NCBI GenBank assembly: GCA_965287045.1
Contig: CBDIYR020000004.1
Location: 4,588,001-4,652,000 of the forward strand
Reading direction: 5' to 3'
DNA from: Carcharhinus amblyrhynchos
Lineage: Eukaryota
DNA length: 64,000 bases
The position numbers and the translations under genes were made by a program. The notes below the pieces were generated by a model. That model was given only the letters and a program-made list of their open reading frames with translations. It searched no databases and was not told the DNA's origin. The stretch's first letter is position 1, and each line of letters opens with the position of its first letter. Below are positions 36,872 to 50,668 of this stretch, piece by piece.

Positions 36872-37307
36872 CTGTTTAAAATAAAGAGAGCAGGGTAAGA
36901 AATGATCTGTCGCTTTAACTGGGGCAAAGGCACCGTGCAATCTGATTACATGGATTCCATTTCATTAATTACAGAGGGTTAACTATAAAACCACATGGGT
37001 CAATGTTCCCTCTAAGTCTTTTCAGCAAGTCTTTCTGGGCAGTAAGTTTGTATGAGGGGAATTCATTGCCTTAAGGTGTGCTGTAAACAGATTCAATAGC
37101 AGCTTGCAAGCTGGATAAATACTGGAATGAAAAAAGTACAGGGCTATGAGGAAAGCACAAGTGTGAGATTAAGTGATCAATCTTTTGATGAAGGCAGCTC
37201 TAGGTGCTGTCTGTTTCATTGTTTTTCTTCCAAGAAGGTAGTTTGAAAATAACCTGTCTGGTTTGGCATTGGATTTGGAAGGTCCCATTTTCTGTTTAAA
37301 CAAACAG

Positions 37308-37530
37308 TGGGTTTCCTCCAGGCGCTCCGGTTTCCTCCCACACCCCAAAGATGTGCTCTTAGGCTGATTGGTTTTACCAAATTGACACTATTCTCCCCTG
37401 AATCTGGCTAAGTCAGGGGTTCTATTTGTTGATACGCAGGGTAGAATAGGTGTAGGGTGATGCGGCGGCGCGGGCTTGTTGGGCCGAAGGGCCTGTTTCC
37501 CGTGCTGGGTTGTTCTTTGTTCTTTGTTCA
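37308..37530 (+). mobile_element. 5'-truncated V-SINE
   Basis: gggtttcctccaggcgctccggtttcctcccacac...gggccgaagggcctgtttcc...(ttctttg)n tail. Confidence 0.8.
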
Positions 37531-39158
37531 AAGTTACTTTGATCAGACTGATGATGGTTGGGAGTGGGTGGGGGGACCATAGGTGGCGGGGTTCCATTTG
37601 ACCTCAGCATTCTTGTTGGAGAATAAATGATCAGAATTACTTCCCCAATTGTTATTGAATGATAGCATATATGTGGATGCCAGAATGCTCTGAGGCAGCT
37701 ACTGTTGAATAACTTGCTAAAATTTCAACTCTCCAGGCAAGTACAAAAAGGACAAAGGACTGTTTTGTCAAAGGACTCGAATGTGGTTTACACTAATAGA
37801 GCTGTACCCTAAACGAACATTTGCTTTTTCAGAGATGGCTGAGAATTTGAAGAAGTCAATGGAAATACTTTTTTTGGTTCAATGAAATCAAAAACAGGCA
37901 CACACTGACCAACATGAACAAAACAAAATTTTACATTATTTGAAGTCACACTGTGTTTGCGCCTCAGTGTCACAGTTAAGCAAAATCAATAAGGGAGTCA
38001 TCTCAGTTTCAGTTAACTAAATTCTCACAGCTAACACGAATCAGCAGTGAGAATTCAGTGATACTGTTTTCCCTCTTTCACACTAGAGAAAAAGGGAAAC
38101 CCTGTCAACTTGACTGTTAGATTTGAACTCCCAACAATTAGTGGAAAGAAATTCGGGTAGATTATTAACTTGCTGTTCAGATGTAAAACTTTACATGGAA
38201 TGTAGCAGAGAAACGAGCCTTTGGCTCTCCTGTTCTGTGCCGAGGTTTACACACAAGCCTCTTCCCACCTCTTTATCTACCTGCATATTCTATTTGTTTT
38301 CCCCTTGTACCTATATGCCTTCCTTCCCTTTAAACATGTCCATGCTAATCACCTCAATAACTTGTGATATTACACATTTTAACCACTTGCTGGCTGAACA
38401 ATTCTTTACTGAATTTACTGTTGACTATCTTCTTTTATTTTCAATAGTTTTGGGCTCCTACATCTTCTCCACATTCACCCTATTGAACTCATTCATACTT
38501 GTAAAAATCTCCATTAGGTCAGGCCTTAGCTTTCTTTCAAGAGAGAAGAACTGCAGCCTATTCAATCTTTCTTAACAGTTGTAATCTTTCAGTTTTGGTC
38601 TCATTCTTCCAAGCATTGTGTTTGAATTCAGGTACCATTTATGCAAAGTTCCTAGTTTTGACTCCTATTAGTCAGCTTCGTCTCAGCCAGCAAATTGAAT
38701 CTGCCTTAGTATGTCATCAACAGCCAATCTCCTGATAAGAGCTTGTTTAATTTCCATGCCCTGATCCCTTCTCAGGACAGATGTTTGAAATACTTCACCC
38801 CTAAACAGAGAAGGAGCTCGTCGCTCTCTCCCTGGATTGTACTTCTGGAGTTAATGGACAATTCCATCACTTACTTCACTACCAGCCAGTCTCTTAGATT
38901 GTAGCATGGTTGTAACCTTTTTGACAAGGCTGGATTTGAACCAAAGCTCCAGAAGCGAAAAGAAACAATAATCCTCACCAAAGAAGGATCATTCCCTCTC
39001 GATTGGCTGGATTTGAACACTGGTCCACTGGGAATAAAAGATCTGTGTTCTTTTCTGTCCTATTGTCCTCTGACTTTAAGATCCCACAATTGCCTAGACA
39101 CTGCCTTTGACTTCAGTGGCACACTGCTTTCACATAGTCAAATTACACCAGCACTGAC

Positions 39159-39303
39159 CAATGGGAGTTGACGATCTTGCAAAGTGCCAATTCACAGCAC
39201 ATCCTCAGGTTAGCCTGGTGATCAGCCAAAGTGGAAAAGGTGCATTTAGCCGGGTCTACCTCGCAGTTCTCTTCAGATTCATAAAGTGCTCGGATAAACT
39301 CTC
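39159..39303 (-). CDS. SYNGAP1: SynGAP coding exon (exon 10 equivalent), GAP domain
   Basis: Not in the ORF track; read manually as (G)[47 protein letters not shown](C). Boundaries ttttcacag|GA ... TG|gtcagt; 145 nt, phase 1 to 2. Confidence 0.95.
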
Positions 39304-39399
39304 CTGTGAAAAAGATACAGTTACTCTTAGTTATTCTTTATTCCCTGGCACTTGTCATATCACTCACACAATTGCATTACGTTCCATCTCAAAACATGC

Positions 39400-39840
39400 C
39401 ACTCATCACACCATCCGACAGAACATCATGCACACCATCTAACCTTCCATCTCTTCCTGTCTCACACATGTTCCAACTCTCTCCCTTTCGCACACCAAAC
39501 ATCTCATCATACACCCCACCATCATATCACACATCCTTCCAACAACATATCATGCACACAGACCATTCAACATCACATACACATCATCTAGTGTTCCATC
39601 TCTCTCTCTCTCTCACACGCACACCAAACATCCCATTACACATACCAACATCATATCACACATTCTTCTAACAGCATATCTCACACACAGACCACCCAAC
39701 ATCACATACACACCAGCTAATGTTCCATCTCTCTTTCCCTCTCACACACACACACACCCCAAACATCCCATCATACACACAGACCATCCAACATCCAATC
39801 ACACATTCACACTATTACATTCCACCTCTCACACACCATC
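39400..39840. repeat. CA-rich minisatellite (~125-bp unit, 3-4 degenerate copies)
   Basis: Recurring caccaaacatcccat...catcatatcacacat...cacacagacca...aacatcacatacaca...tgttccatctctct. Confidence 0.75.
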
Positions 39841-40479
39841 TGAGACTCGCAGTGCAGCATCATAAAGGCCAAGTTTGAGTATGCAGCAGAGCAGCACAGA
39901 GGCTGAAAAAAGAGGGAAACAACCGGAAGGTAAGGCTTGCCGCAGAGCAGAATAAAAGACAAGGTTGAAAGTGAAGCAGATCAGCGCAAAGGGTCTGGTC
40001 TGGTGTAGAGCAAAATAATGGACGAGGCCTGGAACACAGCAGCATAAAGGGCTAGCCTAACTGAGTCAGTGAAATGGGAGGAAAAAGAATAGTTTAGTGG
40101 AGTCACAGCACAAGTCCATGGCGTAGGCAGACCTATACATATTTCATTTAATCAATCTATATAATTTAAGCTACATCAATTAACTAGAATTAAATTAAAC
40201 CAATGATAAAATACATACATTTCAACTTACATTTTATGCATTGTATATTAAATCATTCATCATAATTAGCATCACTGTAATTGATCAGGTATAGGTAGGA
40301 AAGCTTCCAATCTATTCAGTAAATTAAAATTCAATAAATAATGAGTTAAGTAAAACATTTGTTAACATCCTTATAAAATAGTGATGTCAGTGCAAGCTGA
40401 TTGGTGAGTCGCTAGTGACTATTGATTTTAATTGTTAAGTTTATATCTCTTAAATTAAGGAATAATCTAGTAAACAGAG

Positions 40480-41010
40480 ACGTGTTTGGGCACCTCAGTC
40501 CATTAGAATGTACATCCTGTTCTGTGTGAGAACTGAGTTGCACTTCTTGAGTCCTGACCAGCCACATGTGCTGTAGGAGCTTAAGCTTAGGATTTCAAAG
40601 CTGAAGGAAAAGCTATACCCACTGTGGTGCAACAGTGAGTCTAATTGGATACTACATTCTTAGATGTAGTCACACTAACAGTATGCAGACAAAGAAGGAC
40701 TGGATGACCACCAGTCAATCAGAACCAGGAAGGTAGTGCAGGACTCCCCTGACTGCATCTCACTCTCCAACTGATAATCAGTTCTGAATACTGGTGAGGG
40801 CGTTGTTTCATCTGGAGAGTGCAACTAAGTTAACTATGAACAGTGTCTCAGCTGTAAGGGGCAGGGGTAGAGGTGGAAGATCAGAAAAGCAATAATTTTG
40901 GGAGCAGAGAAGCATTTCTGTGGTAGCAGCTGTGACTAAGATGGTATATTATTCCCCTGATGCTGAGGTCCAGGGTGTCACTGAGCTGCTGCGTAATATC
41001 CTGGAAAGCA
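40480..41010 (+). mobile_element. CR1 LINE ORF1 remnant (zinc-finger/esterase type)
   Basis: Degenerate match to the CR1 ORF1 motif G.D..FCG....MVCCLPGA.VQDVTE.L.NIL (gagaagcatttctgtggtagc...cctgatgctgaggtccagggtgtcactgag). Confidence 0.65.
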
Positions 41011-41149
41011 GTTGAAGAGCAAGGAAAGAAACTAAAGTCCATGGGATCCAAAGGACTATGGCAAGTTGGATCTAAAATTGTCTCAGTGTTTTAAAATTAA
41101 CTAATGGGATGTTGGTATCACTGGCTAGGCCAGTATTTATTGCCCAACT

Positions 41150-42292
41150 GGTGAACGTGATTTATTTAGATTTCCAGAAGGTCTTTGACAAGGTGCTGCA
41201 TAGGAGACTATTAAATTAGTTAAGTACCCATAGTGTTAAGGGTAAGATCCTGACATGGATAGAGGATTGGCTGACTGGCAGGCAGAAAGTGGGGATAAAG
41301 GAGTCTTCTTCTGGGTGGCAGCTGGTGACTAATGGTGTGCCGTAGGGGTCAGTGCTGGAACCAATACACATTAACGATTTGGAGGAAGGAACTGAAAGCA
41401 CTGTTGCTAAGTTTGCATCTGATACAAAGATATGTAGAGGGACAGGTAGTATTGAGGAAGCAGGGGGACTGCAAAAAGACTTGGGCAGGTTAGAAGTGGC
41501 AGATGGAATACAATGTGGAAAAGTGTGAGGTTATTACTCTGGAAGGAGGACTGGAGGCATAGACTATTTTCTAAATGGGAAAATGCTTAGGAAGTCAGAA
41601 ACATAAAGAGACTTGAGAATCCTTGTTCAAAATTCTCTTAGTGTTCAGTCAGCAGTTCAGAATGTTAGCATTCGTATTGAGAGGGCTAGAATGCAAGAGC
41701 AGGGATGTACTTCTGAGGCTGTTTAAGGCTCTGGTTAGACCACATTTGAGTATTGTGAGCAGTTTTGGGCTCTGTCTCTAAGGATGGATATGCTGGCCTT
41801 GGAAAGGGTCGAGAGAAGGTTCACAAGAATGATCCCTGGACTGAAGAGCTTGTCGGATGAGGAATGGCTGAGGACTTGGTCTGTATTCGTTGGAGTTTAG
41901 AAAGATGGGGGGGGGGGGATCTTATTGAAGCTTACAGGATACTGCGAAGCCTGGATAGAGTGGATGTGGAGAGAATGTTTCCACTAGTTTGAAAGACTAG
42001 AACAAGAGGACACAATCTCAGGCTGAAGGGATGATCCTTTAAAACAGAGATGAGAACGAATTTCTTCAACCACAGAGTGGTGAATCTGTGCAACGCTTTG
42101 CCACAGAAGCAATGGAGGCCAGGTCATTGAGTGTCTTTATAAGAGAGATAGGTTCTTGATTAATAAGGGGATCAGTGGTTATGGGGAAAAGGCAGGAGAA
42201 TGGGAATGAGAAAAAAAATCAATCATGATTGAATGGTGGAGCAGACTCGATGGGCTGAGTGGCCTAATTCTGCTCCTATGTCTTGTGGTCTT
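41150..42292 (+). mobile_element. CR1 LINE RT region plus 3' UTR
   Basis: IYLDFQKVFDKV, VTNGVP.GSVL, KFASDTK; ends ctcctatgtcttgtggtctt. Confidence 0.9.
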
Positions 42293-42299
42293 AACCTTA

Positions 42300-42890
42300 A
42301 ACCCTAATGAGATGGAGGTGGTGAGCTGACTTTTTGAACTGCTGCAATCTCTGTGGCACCAGTTCACCCACAGTGCTGTTCAGGATGGAGTTCCAGGATT
42401 TCAATCCAGTGACAGTGAAGGAATGGTGATACATTTCTTAGTCAGGATGGTGAGTGACTGGAGGGAAACTTGCAGCTGGTAGTGTTCCCAGCCATCTGCT
42501 GCCCCTGTTATTCTAGATGGTACTGGTTGTGGGTTTGGAAGGTGCTGCCTAAGGAGCCTTGATGTGTTGTTGTAATGCACTTTATAGATGCTACAAACTG
42601 CTACCATTGTTCACCATTGGTGGAGGGAATGAATGTTTATGGAACGGGTGTTAATCAAGTGGGGTGCTTTGTCCTGAATGGTGTTGAGTTTCTTGAGTCT
42701 TGTTGAAGCTGCACTCATCCAAGCATGTGGAGAATATTCCATCACAATACTGATTTGTACCTTGTAGATGTTGGACAGGTTTTGGGGAGTCAGGAGTGAG
42801 TTACTTGCCACAGGATTTCTAGCCTCTGATCTGCTCTTGTAGCCACTGTTTATATGGTTGGTCCAGTTCATTTTCTGGTTGGTGATCAAT
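42300..42890 (-). mobile_element. Second LINE family (CR1/L2 superclade) 3' fragment; related pieces at ~21870-21965, 22505-22800, 25760-26190, 58130-58215, 60950-61575
   Basis: IYKVQI..VMEYSPHAWMSAASTRLKKLNTIQDKA; shared motif gagaaggtggtggtgagc...cttgaac..ctgcag. Confidence 0.8.
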
Positions 42891-42899
42891 GCTTATTGT

Positions 42900-43840
42900 A
42901 AATTATTGATTTTGTGAATGGAATTCTGTTTCTAGTGGGGTTCCACAGGGCTCAGTAATGGGTTCCTTGCTGTTGGTGACATATATCGATGCGAAATTTG
43001 CAGATGATTATGAAAACTGACCATGCAGTTGATTGTGAGAAAGAACAACGCTGGTCAGATAGCCAGAAAAGTGATGAATGGAGTTCAATTCAGAGAAGTG
43101 TGAGTTAATGTATTTGGGCAGGCTAACAAGGCAAAGGAATAATGGTGGGATTCTAAAAAGTAAAGGGGAAAAGTATAGTGTATATCTGTAGTCTCATGAA
43201 GATAGAAGGATCGGTGGACAAGATGATTAAGAAGACATGTGGGAGACTTCCTTCTATTGGTCAGGCCCTAGGGTGTAAGAATAGGGAGGTCACGCTAGAA
43301 CTGTACGTAAAAAGAACTAGTTCACCCACAGCTAGAGTACTGCATACAGTTTATCCGCAACTAGATTACTGCATAGTATTTTGATCACTGCATTGCAGGA
43401 AAGATTTGAACGCACTGGAGAGGGTAGAGATTTACAAGGACGTTGCCAAGAATTGAGAAATTTAACCTTGAGTGAAGATTGGATGAGCTGCGATTTTTTT
43501 TTTCCCCCTGTGATAGTGGAAGCCAAGAGGAGATTTAATTGTGATGGATGAAGTTTTGAAGGGCCTGTAGGTAATGAGTAGGAAGGACTAACCTCAACAC
43601 AGAAGTCATTAATCAGATGGCATAGATTTAAATTAATTGCCAAAAGGATTAGAGGGAAGTCAAGTCTCTGGTGCTTACTGCCTGGAAAAGTGAGAGGCAG
43701 AAACTCTCACTACATTTAAACATTTTGTGGATTTACACTTTTCAAGTGCAACTTACAGAACAAAAGTTGAAAATTGGAATTTGACTGGATAGCTGTTTTT
43801 CAGCCAACATGGATATGATTGGCCCAATGGTCTCCATTTG
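42900..43840 (+). mobile_element. Old CR1 LINE fragment
   Basis: ctagtggggttccacagggctcagt, aaatttgcagatgat and a degenerate ORF2 end. Confidence 0.75.
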
Positions 43841-45108
43841 TGCTGTAATTGTTTCAGTGTTTACCCAATCTTCCATCATTCACACCACACCACCCAATGT
43901 CTCATCACAGGCAAACACAAACCACTGAGAATACCTTCTCACACACAACCCAAATGCCATGTTACTTGTAATCTAGATTCCCAGCAATCACACCCTAAAC
44001 ATCTAATCATTTCCAAAAAACCCTATTACATCCTATCCTGAGCACCAGAACAATCAAATCTCAAGTCATTCCCAGAACTCTATTTCATGCCACCCAAACA
44101 TCAAGCACTCATACCCCAAGATAATCTCACTCAAACTACACAAATACTCCACACAATGTCACACACGTCAAAGCACCTGGACAGGCTAGCTCCAAACCCA
44201 CACACCTCACTGTCATTCAGACATCCAGATACGTTTCACATGCATGAATATCTCATGCACATTCAAACATGTCAATCTCAAACACCCCAAACACCATGCC
44301 ACACCCCATCTGATTAGCAATGGGGCCGAGGATAAGTGCAGATAGTGATGATGGAATGCTATGTGGACCATGAGCAACTGCAACCATGGAATGTCCTATC
44401 AAGGAAGGAAACCAGTCAAAGATTTAGAGCGTGGCTCACAAGGTAAACTTTATTTACCTTTGGGAGCGGGAAGAAAGAAAGGCAGTGGGTCTTCTGTTAG
44501 AGAAAATAATTGGGGTTGACTAATATTGAGCAGATAGCACATGATCTGTACAGACCTTGATAAGTTAAAGGGCTTTTTCCTGGAGCCGGTCACTACATTT
44601 TCAAGCTTTTCCTAATTACTGCCTCTTCTGTCAATGTCAACACTTCTGGACTGGTGAGAGACACACTACATCTCCCTACATAATGTTGCACCTATAATTT
44701 CCACAGAACAGGTTAAACAGTACATCTCCCCATACACTGTCCTATTTAACAATTTCCAAGTCTGGTAGATGATAGGTTGGACAGAGTATATCCCACTCTG
44801 CACTTTCCCATCTAGATCTGGTACAGAATGGGTTAGACACAGATCGCTTTACATTGTCCCACCATCTTAATTTCAACTGACATCATCAATTCTCCTGATT
44901 CTAATCCTCATATGAGTCAGCAATATGAACATATCAGTCCCTGCATGGTCTGTGCAGCTAGGTTCTCCCTGCTAAACTCATTTAAGGCTGACCCATTACC
45001 GAGAAGGGAGTCTCCACAGTGAAATTCATAGTACAGGAAAGTTTGGAAGATTTACTTAGCTTGTAATGATAGTCTGAAGGCTGAGTTCTGATTTCATTTA
45101 TAGCCAAT

Positions 45109-45929
45109 TGTTGCGAAGTTGGTGTTTGTAAAACTGTTTTTTAAAAAAGGTGGGTTTTTTTTCTGTGTTTAGACAGTTGAAAGGGATGCAAGTGCATGCA
45201 GTACACAGACTGAAACATTGTATTGAGAGGCCAGGCAGTGGTGTTGCCAAGACAACAGGCTGATTTTGAACTTTAATCAATCAATTTAAAATAGGCTGCT
45301 GTTATTCAAATGCCTATCAGATTTGAATGTGATGTTTTGGTATCCTGAGAACCAATCCTATTATGGGGATTTTGATATGTCATCAGGGGTATAAGAGACA
45401 GCAACTGCTCTCTGACACAGCTCACAGTTTTAGAAAGAGAGAGAGAGAGAGTCAAAGACAGCCAACCAGCAACTGCTTTCTGACATAGCAACTGTCTCTG
45501 CCACAACTAATACCTTTCAGCTCAGGGCCTCATCTAAATAGAAAAGGTATCAAAAGAAAGCCTCATCTCAATAGTGAAGACAGAAACTTCTGGAAGATAA
45601 AACCTGGTTGTACTTTTGAGAGTGACTAAAAAAATTGTTTTTTTGTTAATGAGAGGGAATTGAATTTATCTAAACAGCATTCCACTAGAATGACGTTTTA
45701 TTTTGTTTGTTAATAGTTTAGTTAACATGTTCACTGTTAGATAAGTAAATTGTCACTTGTTGATTTTACATAGTCTCAGGTAGTTATTTTGATTTAACCA
45801 CTAAAAGTTGCTGAAGAGCAGATTGTACTATTTCTCACAGATTTTTAACAAATTATAAAACGAGGTACTCCTCTTTGAGTGGTTAACTGTTTGTTCTCAG
45901 AAAGGGGAATCAACCTCCGCCTCATAACA
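45109..45929 (+). repeat. 5' LTR
   Basis: Starts TGTTGCG, ends CATAACA; direct repeat of 51513-52281. Confidence 0.92.
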
Positions 45930-45930
45930 G

Positions 45931-45957
45931 ATTGGGGCTCCTATCCTGGGTTTGAAC
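45931..45957 (+). other. Primer-binding site, tRNA-Pro-like (degenerate)
   Basis: ATTGGGGCTCCTATCCTGGGTTTGAAC lies directly after the 5' LTR and resembles the complement of the tRNA-Pro 3' end (TGGGGGCTCGTCCGGGATTTGAAC). Confidence 0.7.
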
Positions 45958-46302
45958 GGACCTAGATCTTTAAATAAACGTTAAATGAAAAGTGGAAGAT
46001 CTAACTGACAACAAGCCAATTAAATCAGAAATGGGGAAATGGCTCTTAACGTTGCTGAAGAGATTCTGGAGGTTGAAGATACTTCTAAATTTGCCAAGAA
46101 AGTTCAGAAAGACAGAAAAAGATGACACGTGTAGAATTGCCAAACACGCTAAAATTGGGTTTAACGAGGTTTACTAGGAAAGCTGAAATTGTAATGGAGA
46201 TAGCCAAACACATATGTATATCAGAGAAACAGTCAAGTGCAGGGGTGTTAGAAAAAAGTAAATTGCAAATGAAATGACTGGAGTTAGAAAGTGAACTTAA
46301 AA

Positions 46303-46464
46303 GGCATTCAAGAGGTGGCTAGATATTGAACTTGGGACGAATGGAATCAAAGGTTATGGGGAGACAGCAGGATTAGGCTACTGAGTTGGATGATCAGTCA
46401 TGATCGTGATGAACGGCAGAGCTGGCTTGAACGGTCTTCTGTTCCTATCTTCCATGTTTCTATG
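46303..46464 (+). mobile_element. CR1 LINE 3' tail nested in Gypsy gag
   Basis: Typical CR1 3' UTR (ggttatgggga...gatcagtcatgat...gaacggcagagc...tttctatg). Confidence 0.75.
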
Positions 46465-48197
46465 ATGGTGAGCAAGCTCAGCATTGCCAACTGCCTGGTA
46501 GGGATATATACAAATATGTCCAAACATTACCAAAATTTGATGAAAAGGATGCAGAAGCCTTTTTTGTTTCCTTTGAGAAATTGGCTACGGAGATGAAATG
46601 GTCAGAGGAGGTGTGAGTAATGTTAATTCGGACCAAGTTGATAGGCAGGGCTACAGAGGTGTTAGAGGAGGTGTCAAGAAACTAAAAAGAATATAGAAGG
46701 CTGTTTTGTGTGCTTACGAATTGGTACCAGAAGGATATAGACAACAGTTCAGAAATGTAAGGAAGGAATCAGCTCAGATATATATGAATTAAGAGAGAAT
46801 TTGGCAGAGCAACTTCAAGAGATGAATGAGAGCGTTAAAGATAGAAAAAAAAATATGAGGCTATTAGAGATATTATTCTGCTGGAGGAATTTAAAAACTC
46901 ACTTCCTGAAGTAGTAAGAACTCATGTTGAGGAGCAGAAAATCGAAACAGCGAGAAGAGCTGTAGAGATGGCAGATAAATACACGTTAGTGCATAAATTG
47001 AAATCTAGCTCTCGAAAGCAATTTCATTCCATAAGGTATAGAATTGGGAAAGAGGGAGATTGTTCAATGAAAAACAAAGTAGATCGCACTGGGAACATTT
47101 TACCACCTGTGAAAAAAGAAAGCTAAGAGGGTGGGAAAGAGGTGAAAGACCTCAGGTGTTTTCACTGTGATACAATGGGGCATAAAAAGAAACAGTGCTG
47201 GTGGCACAGAAAGAAAGAAAGGCACAGGGGAAAAGGATGTGGTTAAAGATGCTCAACCAGTGGGTTTAGTTAACACAGTGAAGGAAATCGCGAGAGAAGT
47301 CGAGGAGCTGAAAGAGAGTGCACGGCATAGGTAAGGGCTGGATAATAAGATAGCGCCCAAACTTTTCAAAGACTTCACCTATGTGGGTAAGGTGTACGCA
47401 GGTAGACCAGGAGGAGTAGGTAAAGAAGTTAAAATATCGAGAGATACGAGAGCTAGCCTGTCTCTAATAGATGAAGATATTTGTATTCCTTCTGAAATAT
47501 TGCCCGAGAGAGTGGTAATCTGTGAAATAAATGAAGAGAGGAACAGTGTTCCCTTGCGTAAAAAAAAGACTGGAAAGTCCAGTCAAGATTGGGGAAGTGA
47601 TAGTGGGAGTGACGGAAAACTTAGCTATTCCAGGAATACAGTTTATCCTTGCAAATGATTATAGCTTGATCACAAGCGGGAGTGATGACCATTGTTATGG
47701 AAAAGCCAAAAGAAAATCAGGCAACTGAGGAGTTGAAAGAAAAATACCCTGGAATTTTTCCGGACTTTGTGATGACAAGATGCCACAGCCGGAAGGAGTT
47801 GAGATAGTTAGCCAACATGCTGTTTGATGAGATGGTAAAGGAAAAACCAAAGCAGGTTGAGGATTAGGCAGAGGTGCTTAATTCTGAAAGATTAATGGAG
47901 TTACAACAGAAAGGTGAGATGATAAAGGGTTTATATCATAACGCCTATATGGAAAAGAAATCAGTGTGTATTCTAGAATGCTATTACCTTAAGGATAAAA
48001 CATTAAGGCAGAAATGGAGACCTTGGCAGGTTAGTGCAGATGAGAAATGGGCTTAAGTTCATCAGGTTGTGTTGCGAGTAGAATACAGACAGGACGTATT
48101 GCGGAAAGCATATAAATTACCTGTAGGAGGTCATCTAGGAATGAGGAAGCCTCAGGTTAAGATACAGAAGCATTTTTATTGGTTTGGATTACATAAA

Positions 48198-48519
48198 GGG
48201 TGACACAGTGGTTAGCACTGCTGCCTCACGGTGTCTGGGAACCTGGGTTCGATTCCCAGCTTGGGTCACTGTGTGGAGTTTGCACATTTTCTGTATGTCT
48301 GCATGGATTTACTCTGCGTGTTTCTGGTTTCCTCCCACAGTCCAAAGATGTGCGGGTTAGGAGGATTGGCCATGCTAAATTGCCCCTAAGTGTCAGGGGG
48401 ATTAGCATGGTAAATACATGGAGTTATGGGGATAGGGCCGAGGTGGGATTGTGGTCGGTGTAGACGTAATGGGCCGAGTTACCTCCTTCTGCACTGTAGA
48501 ATTCTCTAATTCTATTCTG
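48198..48519 (+). mobile_element. HE1/V-SINE nested in Gypsy integrase
   Basis: tRNA-like head, V-domain (tttcctcccacagtccaaagatgtgc) and CR1-like tail. TAAAGG on both flanks; removing the insert restores ...LHKGVVAFWRTYHTCQ. Confidence 0.9.
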
Positions 48520-49473
48520 TAAAGGTGTGGTTGCATTTTGGCGTACATATCATACATGTCAGATGGTAGGCAAGCCACAGGCAGTGATAAAGCCAGTGCC
48601 TTTGATGCCAATTCCTGCACTTGAAGAACCCATTACATGGGTTATAGATGATTGTGTAGGTTCCCTCCTAAAACCAAAAGTGGGAACCAGTATTTGCTAA
48701 CTGTAATGGAGGTGTCCACAAGGTTTTCAAAGGCAGTTACTTTATGGAGGCCAAAAAAAGGCTGTAGAGGACTTGCTTGCTTTCTTTACCCGTTATGGAT
48801 TATCCAGGGAGATTCATTCAGACCAAGGGTCCAATTTTATTGCCAAATTATTTAAGGAGGTTATGGATAGTTTAGGTATCAGACACTTTACATCGAGTGC
48901 AGATCATCCTGAATCCCAGGGAGCATTGTAAAGCTGGCAAAAGACCCTGAAGACCATGTTGAGGGCTTACTGCCAGGATTAGCCAACTGATTAGGATAAA
49001 GGTATCCCCTTTATATTACATGCTTTAGAGATGCTCCAAATTAATCGACTTTACTCCATTTGAATTGATATTCGGACATGAAATAAGAGGACCTTTAAAA
49101 TTAATTAAGGAAAAGATGGTAGGTCCAAAGTCAGATCTCACAGTTAGATTATGTATCTGAGGTGAGAGAAAGATTAAATAGTGTGGGTGAATTAGCTAGA
49201 CAACATTTGAAAGTGGCTCACCACCTAAAGAAATAAGAAACAGGTAAGAAATCTAAAATTTGTACATTTACCTGTGGGGATAAAGTATTGCTGCTATTAC
49301 CAGTGGTAGGAGAATCCTTCAAAGCAAGGTTTAGTGGTCCCTATCGGATTGAGAAGAAGTTGTCAGGTGAATTATCTGGTAAAGATGACAGATAGGAAAA
49401 AATGTATAGGGTATGTCATGTAAATATGCTAAAACAGTACAATGACACAGAAAGGGAACCTGAGAAACAGGTA

Positions 49474-49626
49474 CCAAAAGAGAAAATGCTGGAAAATCTC
49501 AGCAGGTCTGGCAGCATCTGTAAGAAGAGAAAAGAGCTGAATCTTGACTCAAAGTCATTTCTTTTCTCTCCTTACAGATGCTGCCAGCATCCAGATTCCA
49601 GCATCCACAGTAATTTGCTTTTATTA
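49474..49626. mobile_element. Short inverted-repeat insert with Penelope-like termini nested in Gypsy
   Basis: aaatgctggaaaatctcagcaggtctggcagcatctgtaag... is followed by its inverted counterpart. 14-bp direct flanks CTGAGAAACAGGTA at 49460-49473 and 49627-49640. Confidence 0.7.
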
Positions 49627-50336
49627 CTGAGAAACAGGTATTAGTTACTGCCACTCGGAGTGAGGAATCAAATCCAGATAATGTGGATTTTGATGTGCCT
49701 CAGAATAAATTGCGTAATGAAGAAATCCTTAAGGAATGGAATAGGATAATGAGCTGTCTGTCCTAGGAACAGAGAATTGAACTGAAAGACTTGTTACAAT
49801 GTTATGAGGACCAATGTACAAATAGAATGGGGAGGACTATTGATATAGTATGTGAGGTTGACATAGGGAATGCTGTTCCGATAAAACAACACCCCTATCT
49901 GCTTAATCCTCTCAAAGCAGCACAGGTTAGAAGGAAGTGGAAGCGATCTTACAAGAAGATATCATAGAGCCGAGTCAAAGTGAGTGGACTTCACCGATCG
50001 TGTTGGTCGCCAAACCTGATGGTACTCAATGATTCTGCGTAGATTATTGGAAGGTCAACGCTGTGACTAAACCTGATTCGTCTCCAATTACAAGGCTGGA
50101 GGATTGTGTGGAAAAGTAGAACAAGCTGCTTACATCACAAAGTTGGACTTACTTCATGGTTACTGGCAAGTACTTCTATCAGAGAGAGCAAAAGAAGTTT
50201 CTGCTTTTGTAACCCCAATGGGCTATATCAATTCAAAGTAATGCCCTTTGGGATGAAAAATGCACCAGCCACTTTTCAAAGGTTTATGAACAGAGTTGTT
50301 GTAGGACTGATTAATTGTGCTGTCTATATAGATGAC

Positions 50337-50668
50337 TTCCCGCTCTGAAAGGACAGCAGGACTAGAGGTCACAGCCTCAAGCTAAGGGGGGGGGGGTGCA
50401 GTTTAGAACGGAGTTGAGGAGGAACTTCTTCACTCAAAGGGTGGTGAATCTCTGGAATTCTCTGCCCGTTGAAGTGGTGGAGGCTACCTCGCTAAATATA
50501 TTTAAGACACTGGTAGATAGGTTTTTGGGAGGCAAGGGAATTAAGGGTTAGGGGGAGAAAGCGGGAAAGTGGAACTGAGCCATTTCAGATCAGCCATGAT
50601 CTTATTGAATGGGGGGGCAGGCTTGAAGGGCTAGATGGCCTACTCCTGCTCCTACTTATGTTCTTATG
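50337..50668 (+). mobile_element. Young CR1 LINE 3' fragment inserted just after the Gypsy YIDD motif
   Basis: CR1 ORF2 end plus tail (cttatgttcttatg). ATGACTT at both junctions; near-identical to the 33570-34047 copy. Confidence 0.88.
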
